The notes below the pieces were generated by a model that saw only the letters and a list, made by a program, of their open reading frames with translations, was not told where the DNA came from and did not search any database. Shown here one piece after another: positions 43,801-57,530 of a stretch of DNA of 64,000 bases (its first letter is position 1; every line of letters begins with the position of its first letter). Origin of the DNA: Tubiluchus corallicola (Eukaryota; Animalia; Priapulida); the NCBI GenBank assembly GCA_030141605.1, contig JAQGDQ010001081.1, positions 626 to 64,625 of the forward strand, written 5' to 3'. A program made the position numbers and the translations under genes.

Positions 43801-46800
43801 TTATACGACAAAGCGAGTGTTGCTGATATTCGAGCGGGCATATTGCGATCATTTCACGACCATGTCACAGAATTTCCGTGTAAGCAAGTGCGAGTCAAGC
43901 GAGGTTCTCCAAAATACCTCCAAAATGTTTAAAAATTAGCCGCAAATTCAGAAAAGCGTTCCAAAGGGTGTCATTTTTTCAAACAATTAATGCTTTTTTC
44001 TTCGGCCGCTTTAAATTGGTAGCGAATAAAATGACAAGTATGGCATAGGTAGTATGTACAATGGAAGAATTGAACCGCAGGCCCAGCGTGATCCTTACAC
44101 ATGAGGCTGTAATTATGTATAACATACGCATCGCATCAGTAAATTTGCTGCTTCGTTTCGTCACTTTGAGATTGTCCTACAGTATTTCCATGCAGTAGGT
44201 CCGTCAAAAATATCAAAACACTCAGACTGCTTTTCAAAAGGCCTGAAGCCACAAAAATCCTTGACGGTTGTATTTGACATAGCTCAATTAACTGCAGTCG
44301 CAGCTTGAAGAGCCCACAATAATCTTTAACATACCGAGACACACTGTCGAATCAATTGCTTGCACACAGTGAATAATGCCGTCAGGATAAATTGTCCAGG
44401 GTAGTCTAGTGTCTAGAGACAGTAAACTCTTTAAATGAATTTTACAAAGGGGTTTAACATTTAGGCTATTTTACCATTTTCGCGTCAAATAATAAGGTAT
44501 AAACTTTTACATTCATTTGATTTCCACTTGTAACAGCGCAGACCACAAAACTTTTTAAAACTTGATTAAATGCTGTGTACTTAAATAGATTTTTGCTTTT
44601 GATAAGCGCTTATAAGCAGGTAATTTAGCCTCTGAGCGTCTCCCTCACATCATTGGTTTGACGATTTTTTATGTAAGCAAATTTTTTTAACTGTTGTTTT
44701 TGTGCGATGTTAAACAAATTAAATTAAATTAAAAAAATGCACGGACAGTAATGGGAAATCTAGTTAAAGTATGTCCGTGTAAAATAAATCACCTGCTGAT
44801 ATAAAAACGAGAAAATCATATGGGTAACCGAGCAGCATATGCAGCTATGTATACACTTAATGAGATTTGAAGGAATGGTGAACTGGTAGTATTGTTCAGA
44901 AGAACTCGGATTCGAGCCTTTTAAATTGTTTTATACTGCATTTATTTTGGTGTGCACTTGCGTGCGCATAAATCGAAAAAAACAACATTTTGTTTTTTGC
45001 AAAGCAATGATAAAAGCTTCTAATATACAGTAGCAACAACTACATTAGATACTGTTACTGTGCATTTACCGCTTACTAAACTAACTGATGTAGGAGCTAT
45101 TGTGCTCTTAACATAATAATGCTCTTCTAATCACCAATAACTGTCATTATTTCAATAGTCAGTATTGATTAATGATGACGTGTGCTTAGGCAATCTGCTT
45201 CAGGCTTGGACAAAGTAACGCAGTCGCAGTAAGACGTGTCTTATGTCAATTTAACCTAAGACATCTAATAATATCTTATTCATGTAACTTTGTGTACAAA
45301 AACTTTTAATCCAAGGGATAAAAACTAAAAATTCTAAAAAGTACATAAGTACCATTCAGACAGAGTTTATTTACTGGTCTTAAATCAGTCACCCTGTTTA
45401 ATTAGATGTCTTCGCGGGTTCTTTTGAAAGTAAGTGAAGAAAAAAGTGATAATGATAGAAGTCATTTAATCTAGTTCGGCTTAGTTAAATGCTTAGTCAT
45501 ATTAAATGTTACAGAAAACATACGGAGTAAAACACCAAAATAAACTTGAAAAACTTTTACTATAAAGCAAAAATGAAGCTCACAAGTGGCTAGCAAGAAC
45601 TCAAATTGACTATGCTATTCGCTCAAAACAAAACAAAACAAACAGGCAGAATCTTAGCAGAACATTTTAGTTGTCAACATACAACAAATCATTATATACT
45701 TAATAAGATTATGACTATTAGATTATTAGTACGCTACAAAACATTATATACAAATTCGCCTCAACAACTGCGGCTGCTAACATCTTTGAGTGTGGCATAA
45801 ACTTTATGCAATAAATATGCTTATAAATCATTCAGCAAGTATGTACTGTCCGTATACATTAAGAACACTGACGTGCACAAAGGTAGCTTGGAAAATCCAG
45901 TAACAGAAATTAATCCTAAGTATATTATGACACAGCGACGACAGCTGAACGGGCTGATTGAAACTCGTGCGTCAAAACCCTCAATTACAACTACACTTAG
46001 CACGACGTACGTCATCTCAAATCCTAAAACAAAATAGACATTGCTGAATCAGCTACTTAAGATAACTTTTTTGTGCTCATATTTTTATTTCTAGTTTTGT
46101 AAACAGAATGATAATGTTGTTTTTAGATTAGTAATTTATTAAATTCGTCTGCTTTTCAAAGGCTTTTCGCTGTGCATTCCGAGACTGCATTGCTGATAAA
46201 AGAAAATGTAAGACGACAGACACGCTGCAATTGAATACAGGCTGGGTACTTTTTTGTCATCGTTTAGGCATCTTTGTCAAATTATAATTATAGTTTGTAG
46301 TTCGTTTGTGTCAAAACAGTCAATCACGACTCCAACAAAACAAGTTTATAAAACACTACACTGCCAAAAATGAAATATAAAGCACTGTACAATGCTTAAA
46401 CAACACTATCAGTTAAACCTTTTTGTAAAATTATAGCTGCCGGCAAGTCTAAATGTTAGTTACATAAATGTAAGTTATATTTTTGTCAGACTTACAACTT
46501 GATGTGTCTTTTGCATCTCAATACTTAATAATTTGGTAAAAACTTAATTTCTGATTTTGGTACCTACAATGCTATTAGTTACAGATTTGCTTCATACTTT
46601 TCTAGAACTTCTCCTAAAAAGGCAAAATTGCTTGTTATATATGTGCATCACACGTTTCGCCTTGAATTTTGGATTTCAATAGGTACACATAACAATTGAT
46701 AAAAATCAAACAAAACAGAAATTCAGAAAACACAAGTTTGTGGTATTCTGTGTAGCCATTTTCTTAATTTCTAACATGTATTCAAATTTACACCCCCAAG

Positions 46801-47315
46801 CAGTCAATGTTTCCTGGATTATGAAAAGAAACGCATTACTCCCCGCTGTATTAGTAACTACAAATTAATATTGGGCAAAAAGTCCTAGAAATATTTCCTA
46901 TCAGAAGCAAAATAATTTTACCGAAGAGCCGTTCTTATTGCTTTTCTGTCTCGAGATTAGCTGAAAATATAAAATTGCTGCAATCTCTGTGCAACGACAG
47001 TAATTGACTTCGGGGATGCTGGCTCATGTAGTCAGTGAAATATAATCGGCTTAGGAATGCATCAAAATTTGACCGATTTGGAAAACTTGCTTTTCGAGTA
47101 TATTTTATTGGACGCTGATGAAAAACCGAAAGTGTTGGGGCTGGTACTTTTACATGCTGGTACTAGCGTAGTAATAGCTGTCTTGCTTACGCAGCACGAA
47201 TTACGAGCACCACAGTTCGTAGAGTCACTTTTAACTGCCGGCCGCATTTCATAGAGTTACTCAGTGTGTCCACCATCTTATTTTTCTCAAAGCGAATCCG
47301 ATTTATTCACTGCCC

Positions 47316-47686
<371 letters not shown>

Positions 47687-47870
47687 CAACTCCTCTGCCC
47701 TTCCCCTCCACCCTGTCTCTCTCGCTTGCTCTGTGATTACTGCCACGCTTAGTGTGATGAATGAGTGATTTTTTTTCAAATGAATATCACAGAAAGACTC
47801 GAAATGAGAGCCTTGGGAAATCGCAGCCATCTTCCACGTTGAAAAATTACTCTAAAATTGCAGGACGCTG

Positions 47871-48577
47871 TGTTACAAGTAATAATGTAATAAATACCCG
47901 ATATTGTAATACTAAAAAACTGTAAACGCATTTGTAAAAAAATAAAACCTAATGTAATAAATAAATGATAATGTAACAAAAATAACCGATACTGTAATAT
48001 AATAAAAAAGCTAACGCATAAAGTTATAACCTGATGAGCACTATAGCTGAACTGGAAACGATTGTTTACTAGTTATATAAATGTAAAGTGCAATAGTCGA
48101 ACACCGAGTTAAAGGTTCGTATGTAACTATTGGATTTATATCACAATTCCATGAAAATATTATCGTAGGCCTATGCATGGAGTGGATAAAATATATGAGA
48201 AGCGTTAAATTTAACTTGACATATTGAGGTAACACCATCCTCCATCCAAACAGAGTAAGAAAATGCACCATTCTCATGTATTGCTACAGCACCACACCTC
48301 TGGACTAAGCTACGTTAATTCAGCTAGCTAGTAAATTAGGTTATCACATTATCGGTTAGAATTTTTGTTATTACACTACGCATTCTGTGGTGTTGCAATA
48401 TGCGTTAAACTTCGGACTGCTACATTACGTGTTTTGATGGCCTTACATTAAGCGTTAAATTTTTGTTACATTATCGGTTAGTTATTATATTACATAGTAC
48501 TAGACTTTCTTTTACATAATACGATAATTTTTTCTGTATTGCGACATCGGCCGTTCATTACATTGTCAGTTGTAACA
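47871..48577. mobile_element. MITE with TGTTACA...TGTAACA termini and internal taatgtaa/ttacatta subrepeats
   Basis: Left end TGTTACAAGTAATAATGTAATAAATACCCGATATTGTAATAC aligns with the reverse-complemented right end TGTTACAACTGACAATGTAATGAACGGCCGATGTCGCAATAC; flanks cgctg and cggtg. Confidence 0.8.
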
Positions 48578-51500
48578 CGGTGTTACAAAATTCAGCTAAA
48601 TGTGCTGCGATTTGTATTATATTGTATATAGCGTAAAATCTAATCAGAGTCTAACGACAGAGGCAATCGTATTAGTTGCGTACATTTTTAAAGACGTTTA
48701 TTAAACTTTGTTACAAAAACGAGCCTAATGTTAAATTAGATAGATAGGTTAAGATACTTTAAAAACGAAGATAGAAATTAAAAAAAATATTAGAAATCTA
48801 AAAACACCAACAAATACGACGAAAACAGTTAATAATTTATAGCACTGTTTATTGCTTTATTCTAACTTGCGGTCTGATCTGGTAAGCTGTTATTGAAATA
48901 AAGCCGGCAGCATAAAAGTAGACTATGGCGTAAAACCTAAACACAATTCATTTTAATTGTATAATACACAGGTATTATTTTATAAATATATAAATTAAGG
49001 TCATTTCTGGTTTAATTGAATTTGCTTTTACTGCAAAATTCATTTTGTAACGTAAACTTCGGTGTTTGGTTTGTATTAAAATGTGTATTGTAGGTTGTAA
49101 TTTTCAATTTTGTCCGTTTAAGATATGTTTATTTATTGAACCAGCATTAAAAAAAGACATATAGCCAACAGCAAATACGTGAAACAGATTAAATCAACAA
49201 ACAATGAGAGATTTACTAAAGACAAAATCCCTTACAAACGAATATTATGGCACGAGCGCATAGAAATTAATAGAACAATTAATTCACATAGTCCATGAGA
49301 AAGACCAGATATCGGTGCCATCTCGGGAGACATATTTTATTTCTTGTATATACGTAAATTATGTCTTTATATGAAAGACCTTGCCTTACTGATACAAGCC
49401 AATTTCTGGAACACCCCAAAACCCAAGTTGGTGCAAATTTGCGCATATCAAGGACAAGGCAACACAGTACTATTGCAGCCATGTAAATGTGAAATATTTA
49501 CTTTGTTTCGCGCTATGCTACGCACCAATGTAATCAGCTGCATAGTACGTATAATGCAGAAAGTTTTTAGGGTAGCGCGCCATGATGGCCCAAAAATGTA
49601 TTAAATCGAGATCCTATTTATTTTTCTTAGACTACCTTTTCCTCATCTATACAGTGTACTACTCTCAATATTGTTACATAAAATTCCCATATCAGTAGTT
49701 ATTCGCAGTGGGGCAGTAGTTGGGCACGGGGCATTTGCAAAGCCACGAATGAAAAGCCAAGTGCTAAATACGTGGATGATCAAATAAAACGTCGTTTAAT
49801 TTCAGCATACCCCATCGTTATATTGGAGTGTAACTGGTACTGACGCGTGAAATTTTAGGTGTTGTTATGTTGGTCCATGGACTAATACTTGTGTATTTTC
49901 TACTTAAAATTTATTTCGTAATAGTTTTATAATCGTTCGTAAATGCTTCAAGGTTTATGCATTACTAATATCACGTCTATTTATTGTATTCACGAAATAA
50001 TTATTGGTTTTCATCATAACGTAATATAAGATAAAAAGCAGACAAAAAGTTTATATAAGATATTTATAGTGTATCGTGTTATGTCGCCTAGCAGTTTTGT
50101 ATGAAACATTAATTTATTACGGTGGGCAATTATAGACAGTACTAACATTTGGCCAGTTGGTTTCTCAGTTGCATTTGTGTCATCCTTGAGAAGAGACAAT
50201 TATGCCTACACAATGTAGAACACACTTCAGTAATTAGTCACTCATTACATTTATATGACTAGCAATTGCCTTAATGCGGAGGTAGCGGCCCACTGAGCAA
50301 GCGGTTTCTCATCTCCCTAGGCATCTCCTCCAACGGAAGCCATGCATGCACTCCTGTTAAGTGATTGTTGTGAAATGAAATTAGGTATAGGACAATTATT
50401 CTCCAATGAGACAGCAAAGGTCACAGAAAACATTCAAAACAACTAGCTTTACAGTTATCTACATTACAAAACAGAAGGGGAAAAAGTGATTAAGGGATTT
50501 CTTTGTCATTACTGCCTTGACAATTTATGATGTATTAGTGTGATGACCATAATTTTCCAAGATAGTATTGGAAAACTACAACCCATTAAGTACTTTCACT
50601 AAAGAAGTTGTGGTGATGAATTAGAGCAAAGAAAATCTAAAGAGATATTAAGTGAAGCGCCACTTAATAGACAGACGTCTAAACGAAATTGCACGGACAA
50701 ACTCCTGCTCTATCGCAAGTATATCCTCTGTTGTATAACTGTTGTTAAAAAAACTTTGTTAAATTAATATCAAGTTCAATAGCAGAAATTTTTCCCTTTT
50801 TTAAGGCGCGAAAGGTCAAAACACTAATATAGTCTATACTAATAACCAGAATCCAACAGTGACAACTTATTTGCGTACTCCAACAAAATTCGGCTTTATC
50901 ACTGACTCAGTCAAATTTAGTCGTACGACGTAGCGCGGGTCATCTCCATTTTGCAAAGATTAGATCGCGTTATAGTCACGTGCGTCATACGACTAGACAG
51001 TAAAAACAACAAAAACGCAGGATAATTACGTCACACTTTTATTGATCATTAAACCGACTGAATAAACTGCTAAATTTGTTCCTCCATGTTCTGAATAAAC
51101 GAACTAATGGATTATTGCAGGAATACAACGATGTGTAATTACCGGGTGGGTTTTAGATGACACATCGCTTGATTAATATTATCAGCTTCGTTCATTCCTT
51201 TTATCTAATATGAGAATCTTGTTCAAAGCATTCAGTCGTACTCATAAAATTAATAAACATTAATAAACTGTTCGCGCAGTAGTTGGTTTGAATCCTTGGA
51301 GAAAACGAGACATTTACCTAACATTTATACCAGCAGCTAATCTGATACCCGATTATGAATCACTCTTACTGAGTTAAACAGCTAAGATTAAATAATACAA
51401 GACAATCATATCTGTGCAATACAATCATTTATTTGTGTTGCCCTACACCTAATTTTATAAGCTGCTTGCTCTATTTAAAATTCTTTTTTCTTATCTTTCT

Positions 51501-53816
51501 TTCTTTTCCTTTCATTTCTTTTTTCCTTTCTTTTCTTTTTTATATTTTAGCTCCTTTCTTGTTGTTTATATGTTTTTTGTACATAACACGCTTAAATACT
51601 TTTTTTTCTGAATTCGTGTGACCGGACGAAGTATATAGCAAATTTTCTAGCAGAAAAGTAACAGGCAACTATAATTTTTTTGTAATTACGAACTATTTTT
51701 TCTGCGGAGATTATTTGCAGGTAAATTCCATGCATTTCAAAACTTAAGTAATATTAGAAGGCTATTATATTCAAAACAGCCTTCACCTGTGTTCTTTTTT
51801 TTGCAAGCAGTTTTTGTCTCCCGTACTGCCAGTTAGATTGTTGTTCTAGTTACGCGAGGCGATAATATACATACATCTGAACACGCCCGAGACCTTTTGC
51901 CGACTCACTTTCATCTTGGAGGATTATCCTTAACAATTAGCTAGGCACATATCCCGTTACAAACATTCAACAATCTAATAGTCCCGGCCATTAGTGCTGG
52001 ATTTCGGTGTGCAGAGGGCCAAACTGTATAAAAAGTCCAACTACATGAAACATCAGTATACTGTGTATATTTCAGTGAAATTCAAAAGACTGCATGTAAA
52101 TTTCAAATATTGATTACACACATTGAATGTTTACAGACGATTATCGTAAGCATCTAGTTTTATGAAAGACTGATTACAATATTATAGGCTTCTCTTGATT
52201 TTTAAAATAAAATTCAAGCAATACAGCTGAAAGATGAAGCACAGTATAATCATTTTCTACAGACGTCATTTTGTATTATGCAATGGCTCATTTTAGTGGC
52301 TTGAAATAATGGTTTTCATACAGTATAGCACGGCTTTATTAGTGCGTCAATATTACTATAATGAGAAGCTCATACAAGTACTTAGGTTCCTCAAACTGAT
52401 GAAGCTAAAATGCCATAGCCTTTTATTGACGTTCGCAGACGTCCTAATTTCGGCAGCAGACAGTGACGTGTTCGCCTGCTACAGAGAAAGCTAATTACTC
52501 CCCGGATGCTGAGGTGCTGTGTGCGCTGATAGAGCGATCAACTTGTGCCCATTAGTTCAGATAAGATGTTTAATTCAACGATTCGCATACGCCACGTATA
52601 ATATTTGCTGAAGCCAAACCACGTGCGCTGATTCGGTAACGCAAATTGCGCAAAACAAAAAAGCAAAAAAATCCTTTTAAAGTATCAAAAACGAAAACAG
52701 TACTTCGACTTTAAGGCCAGCTGACCGGTAAGTGGTAATCGTAAGGTATTTCGTTGGCCTCAGTATTCCGACATTAACTATTTATCTACTCCCTAAAGTT
52801 ATCCGAGCAAGCCTCGTTTGTTGTGAAAAACATCCCATTAGCGTAGTTGGCACTGGGGTTTGGTATTCTGAACAAAAACAACCGTGTGGGCAATATTCTC
52901 TTTTACGCGAGGTTTCATTAGAGAAAATTCCACTCAGGTCTAAGCATGAGCTTCGGTAAAAGCCTCGTAAATCGTAAATGTCACGTGTATGTTGGAAAGA
53001 GTTAAATTATTTAACAGTCGTTGTAGTTGCTGTGAAATTACGTAACGGGTACGAGCGATTACTGCAGTTTATCATGCAAAATACTTTTATCATACCTGGT
53101 CGTAGAAAATATTACACAGTATATGATACTTTGGAGCTAAGCTAGGAGGTATGGGAATCTCGTACTATTATAAATTAAGAGACGCATTAAAATATCACAC
53201 TCTGCGAATTATTATAATTACACTAAACATCAAACAGATGAATATAAATTTAGACATAAGGTTGAAAGTAATAGCAAACGATATCACGTTTATTAAGATT
53301 TTGCCATAGCAAAATCTTACTGTTTTTCATTGAGTTATTATTTATTTATTGTCTGCCACTTTAACGTTTAATAACTCATAAGCCTTGCAAGCTAGGGTCA
53401 CCAAACTCACAGGGTTGGTAGCCCTGGGCGAGGCACATACAGCAGTGTGATGACCACTGACCACTGGTTAAGAGGGGAAGTTAGACGGCGTCGGTCACTT
53501 TTTCCTTTAGGTCGCATCTCCGGGTTTTGGTTTTTTCCAATTTTTTTTCGTATTTGGGTATTGTGACCTTTTACATGTTGAGGGCTAGGGACACAAAACT
53601 CACAGGGTACACTCTCTGGGCAAAGTTGTCTACGAATACGTGTGACTCGAGTTGCTGTGTCAAAGGTCATGGAGCGGCCGGGTCTTCATTTATTTCTCTT
53701 TAGGATCCATCTGCTCCCATAGTTTTTAAGCTAGGGCCACAATATTTGGTATGTGGTTACGTGGGACAAGTTGTTAGAATTGGCAGAATATGGGTGATTT
53801 GGAGGTGGGAATTTTC

Positions 53817-54430
53817 CGCTAGGAAGCAAAAACCGAAAAATGGGGGTCGGGAACTGAAGTGCAACCGAGTGTTGAGCAATGATACCTTGTAGCACATCAA
53901 ATGAAAGGTCTCGATGAGGTGGAACGAATGCCATAAGTTACAATGAGAATAGCTAACGCGTGACCCCGCTAGGCGGCAAAAATCGAAAAATGGGGGTAGG
54001 GAACAGAAGTGCACCGAGTGTTGAGCAATGATACCTTGTAGCATATGAAATGAAAGGTCTCGATGAGGTGGAACGAATGCCATAAGTTACAATGAGAATA
54101 GCTAACGCGTGACCCCGCTAGGCGGCAAAAACCGAAAAATGGGGGTAGGGAACAGAAGTGCACCGAGTGTTGAGCAATGATACATTGTAGCATATGAAAT
54201 GAAAGGTCTCGATGAGGCGGATCGAATGGCATAGGTTGCAATGAGAATAGCTAATCCGCGAGCCCGCTAGAGGGCAAAAAGCGAAAAATGGGGGTGGGGA
54301 ACAGACATGCATCGAGTGTCTACTAATAGTACAATGTAGCATATCAAATGAAAGGTCTAGATGAGGCGAATCGAATGGTATAGATTACAGTGTGAATCGT
54401 TAACCTGTGACCCACTTAGGGGCAAAATAA
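53817..54430. repeat. Tandem array, unit 149-150 bp, about 4 copies plus a partial
   Basis: Units start with CGCTAG at 53817, 53967, 54116 and 54265; shared core aaatgaaaggtct(c/a)gatgagg. Confidence 0.95.
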
Positions 54431-57129
54431 GGGTCGAGGAGACAAATGCCTTCCAGGGTCTACCAAAAGTAGGTTGGTATCAAATGAGACCAACTGAATG
54501 ATATAAGTTATGCCAAGATTGTTGACCTTTATCCTGTGGGTGATGGGCTGAACAGTTAAATGCTGAGGTTTCATTGTGAAATTCACTTTCCATGTATTCA
54601 AGCAATTCAATAAAAGAAAATGAGCACTTTCAAAAAAGGCTGTCGTCTCTTCATTTTTAAGGCTGAATTTTACAACGATTGTTTGCTAATTCTTCAGCTT
54701 GTGGCCACGTCAGAAACATTGTCAACTGGTTAATATTAAATTTAATACAGATGCAAAGTACTTTACAAATACAAAAGTACCTATAGCACAAGATTAGAAA
54801 CACACAGGTACAAATAATCGCACTAGAACTATAAGAAGGAAATTACCCATGCTTCTTGTAAAATAGTTTACATCAGCTGGACTTTCGTGTAATATAGTTC
54901 ATTAACATTTTGTCTTTTGCTTCTAAGTCGTTTTAACGATTTTTTTGGCGAATGATATTAACATGGAGCGAAGAAACGTTTTTTTTGGATTTAAACATAA
55001 ATTAAGCCTAAATTCTAAACTAACATACATAGCTGCACAAATTAACAATTCTGCAGACCCAGATGAACGTACTAGGAACATTTTTTTTATTTTCCATCAG
55101 CAATTTCGTAACAAATGCGGTACGGTGCGACATAACCACATAACTATGCTGTAAACGAGTTACCTGCATGGGAGAATAACGCTAATAAAGTCATAATGGC
55201 ACAGACAAATGCTTACAACATTTGCGGAATACTATTTTCCGGTTGCTTGGTATGGAATACACGTGCTAGAAGCTTCAGTCGATAATACCATATTATAGAT
55301 TAACTTCGGCAAAGCGGGCTCACTGAAACTACATCGCTGATGACGTCAGTAGGAAGAGATCCCTGGATTGGCAACATTTTAATCTGTTCATAGAATCGAT
55401 GACGAACTATCGTAAGCTCCTTGTGTACAAAAACCGAATGAAACTGGAGAACAATTGAGCGATTATAAAAAGTCGTTAACGACATTAGTGCGCAAAGAGC
55501 ATCCAAACGACATGAAGGGCCAGATCTAATTTACAATACATTAATACCATAATTCATAAAAAAAAACTCAGCAGTGAAGCAGAAATGTGAAGCAACATAC
55601 ACCCACAAGTTATGCTTCGATTGATAAGATATCATAACGATGAACATAATATAGGAACATGTAAGTCAGTATTCTAATTTTTCATTTCAAGTCCAGACAG
55701 ATTTCGTTTACTTCCATAGTGTTATAATAAACAAGTCTGCGTTTTGCCACGGCACATTGCTCATCAGCAACTGCACCATTTCAGTTCCCAGTTACAAGTA
55801 AACGTTTGTCATTTCCGAAAGCAAAATAAACGTTCGTTCAGGTCAAATAATTCTAAACATTGCTCTGGTGAGAGATCTGTGTATAGAGCACAAGTTTTAG
55901 CTACGTTCCATTTTATGATATTTATAAGCTGCGAAGTAACAATTACCAAAATATGTACAAGAATGGCAAACAAACTAGTTAACAAAAATGACAATGCCCA
56001 TTAAGGGAAAGGAACCTACTTAAAATTGTATGTTTTCCGTTTGAAAAATAGTTACTCTGAAAATTACAAGCACTTGTCTATATGCATAATTGCACATAAT
56101 ACACTACAATTTTGATGATTTTTACAACTAATGATCTATACAGATGTGGTTCTAAATTCGATCCACATACTAGACACACACAATACCTACTGCAGTATGT
56201 TATACCGCTATGCTCAAATTACAGGATGTATCCCGCATGTAATTCCCTGACAAATCTTCTGCATCAAAGGCTTTAGTCTCTCCTAAATATGCAATTTATA
56301 GATTGCGGCTGGATTATATTGTACATTTCCCAGAAAGCCCAAGCAAATATATTTATGTTTAGAAATGCAGTAGTTCATGCAGATGGAAGCATGCATGCGA
56401 TTGCAGCTTGGACGGAAAGAAAATCAGTTGGTGGAAAGTGTTGAAAAACCTGAAAGTCAAAGTCATTAAAGTTGAGTGTAAGCCATGTGGCATTTGTAGG
56501 TAACCAAAAACAAATTCTGTGTGCTCACGCGATATCGTAACACAGTTTGTCTTATTGAATTTATTTCCTATTAATCTACTCCTGTCATTATTTGCTCTTT
56601 ACACATTAAACTTTTATATTTTCAACAAAGGTAATGTGTATAAGTCTATCAATAAATACAACAAGTATACAAAAAAACGCTCATTTCTATTGATAATAAG
56701 GTGACATAACTTTCACGCACTTGAAGTAAAAAAAATAGATTGTCACATGAAAAGATTAATGGACTAGCAATAACCTAGGTCATTGCGAAAATTTAAGCAG
56801 TTGTCAGCGGTTCAAATTTAAGCAGTTGTTAGCGGTTCATAATGAATGAATGAGTGAATGAGTAAATGGACAAACAATTGGGGACTGCCTACAATTGCTA
56901 TGTCCGTTATGCAGACAGCTAGCCACTACAGTATTATTAAGTCTTACTGAATTTTATAATTTAGAAACGCACTTGAGAGAATGCAGGGTTCTAAAACAGA
57001 CGTGGGGTCCTTGCTAAACCAAAAGCAATCTTAAAGTGACCTTTAAAACTTTTGGTGCTATGTCAAGTCCTGTTGCAAACCTTAGTAGGTCGACATCATT
57101 GGCATTACAGTAAATTGGAAAAATCAAAC

Positions 57130-57530
57130 AACTGAAAAATTCGTAAATGCTTTCATGACATCTAACTTAACTACTGCAATAGTTTATTTTTTGGACTTCC
57201 TGAATACACCAACTAATTCACAACTCTGCTGCCCGTCTCATTACCAAAACTAGAAAGCATGATCACATTACGCCTATTCTAAGAAAGTTGCGTTGGCTGC
57301 TGATAACGTTCCGAATTCAAATTAAAATTCTTTGTATCACCTACATAGTACTACGTTGTTTGACACCTGCATACCTCAGAGATCTTGATATTCTGTGGTG
57401 AAAAAGTTTTTTTTGTCTGTTCTCAAGTCTTTGGAAAATGTTGTCGTACGTACTACAAACCTGTAAGAGTCCTTTAAACGACATCTTGAAACACATTTGA
57501 TTATAGCGTACTTCATACGGTTAATTTATT
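57130..57530 (+). mobile_element. L2-type LINE 3' fragment (RT C-terminal region)
   Basis: YCNSLFFGLP...NSAARLITKTRKHDHITPILRKLRWL...RIQIKIL...PAYLRDL...FKRHLETHL. Confidence 0.85.

Noticed and set aside
43609-43960. CpG-rich 107-aa ORF
   Set aside because: No splice signals or recognisable motifs; probably a decayed repeat whose ends I could not define
53817-54430. CRISPR-like array or repeat-protein ORFs (53731-54342)
   Set aside because: Whole units repeat with no unique spacers, the context is eukaryotic with no cas genes, and the 149-bp period shifts frame, so the ORFs are by-products
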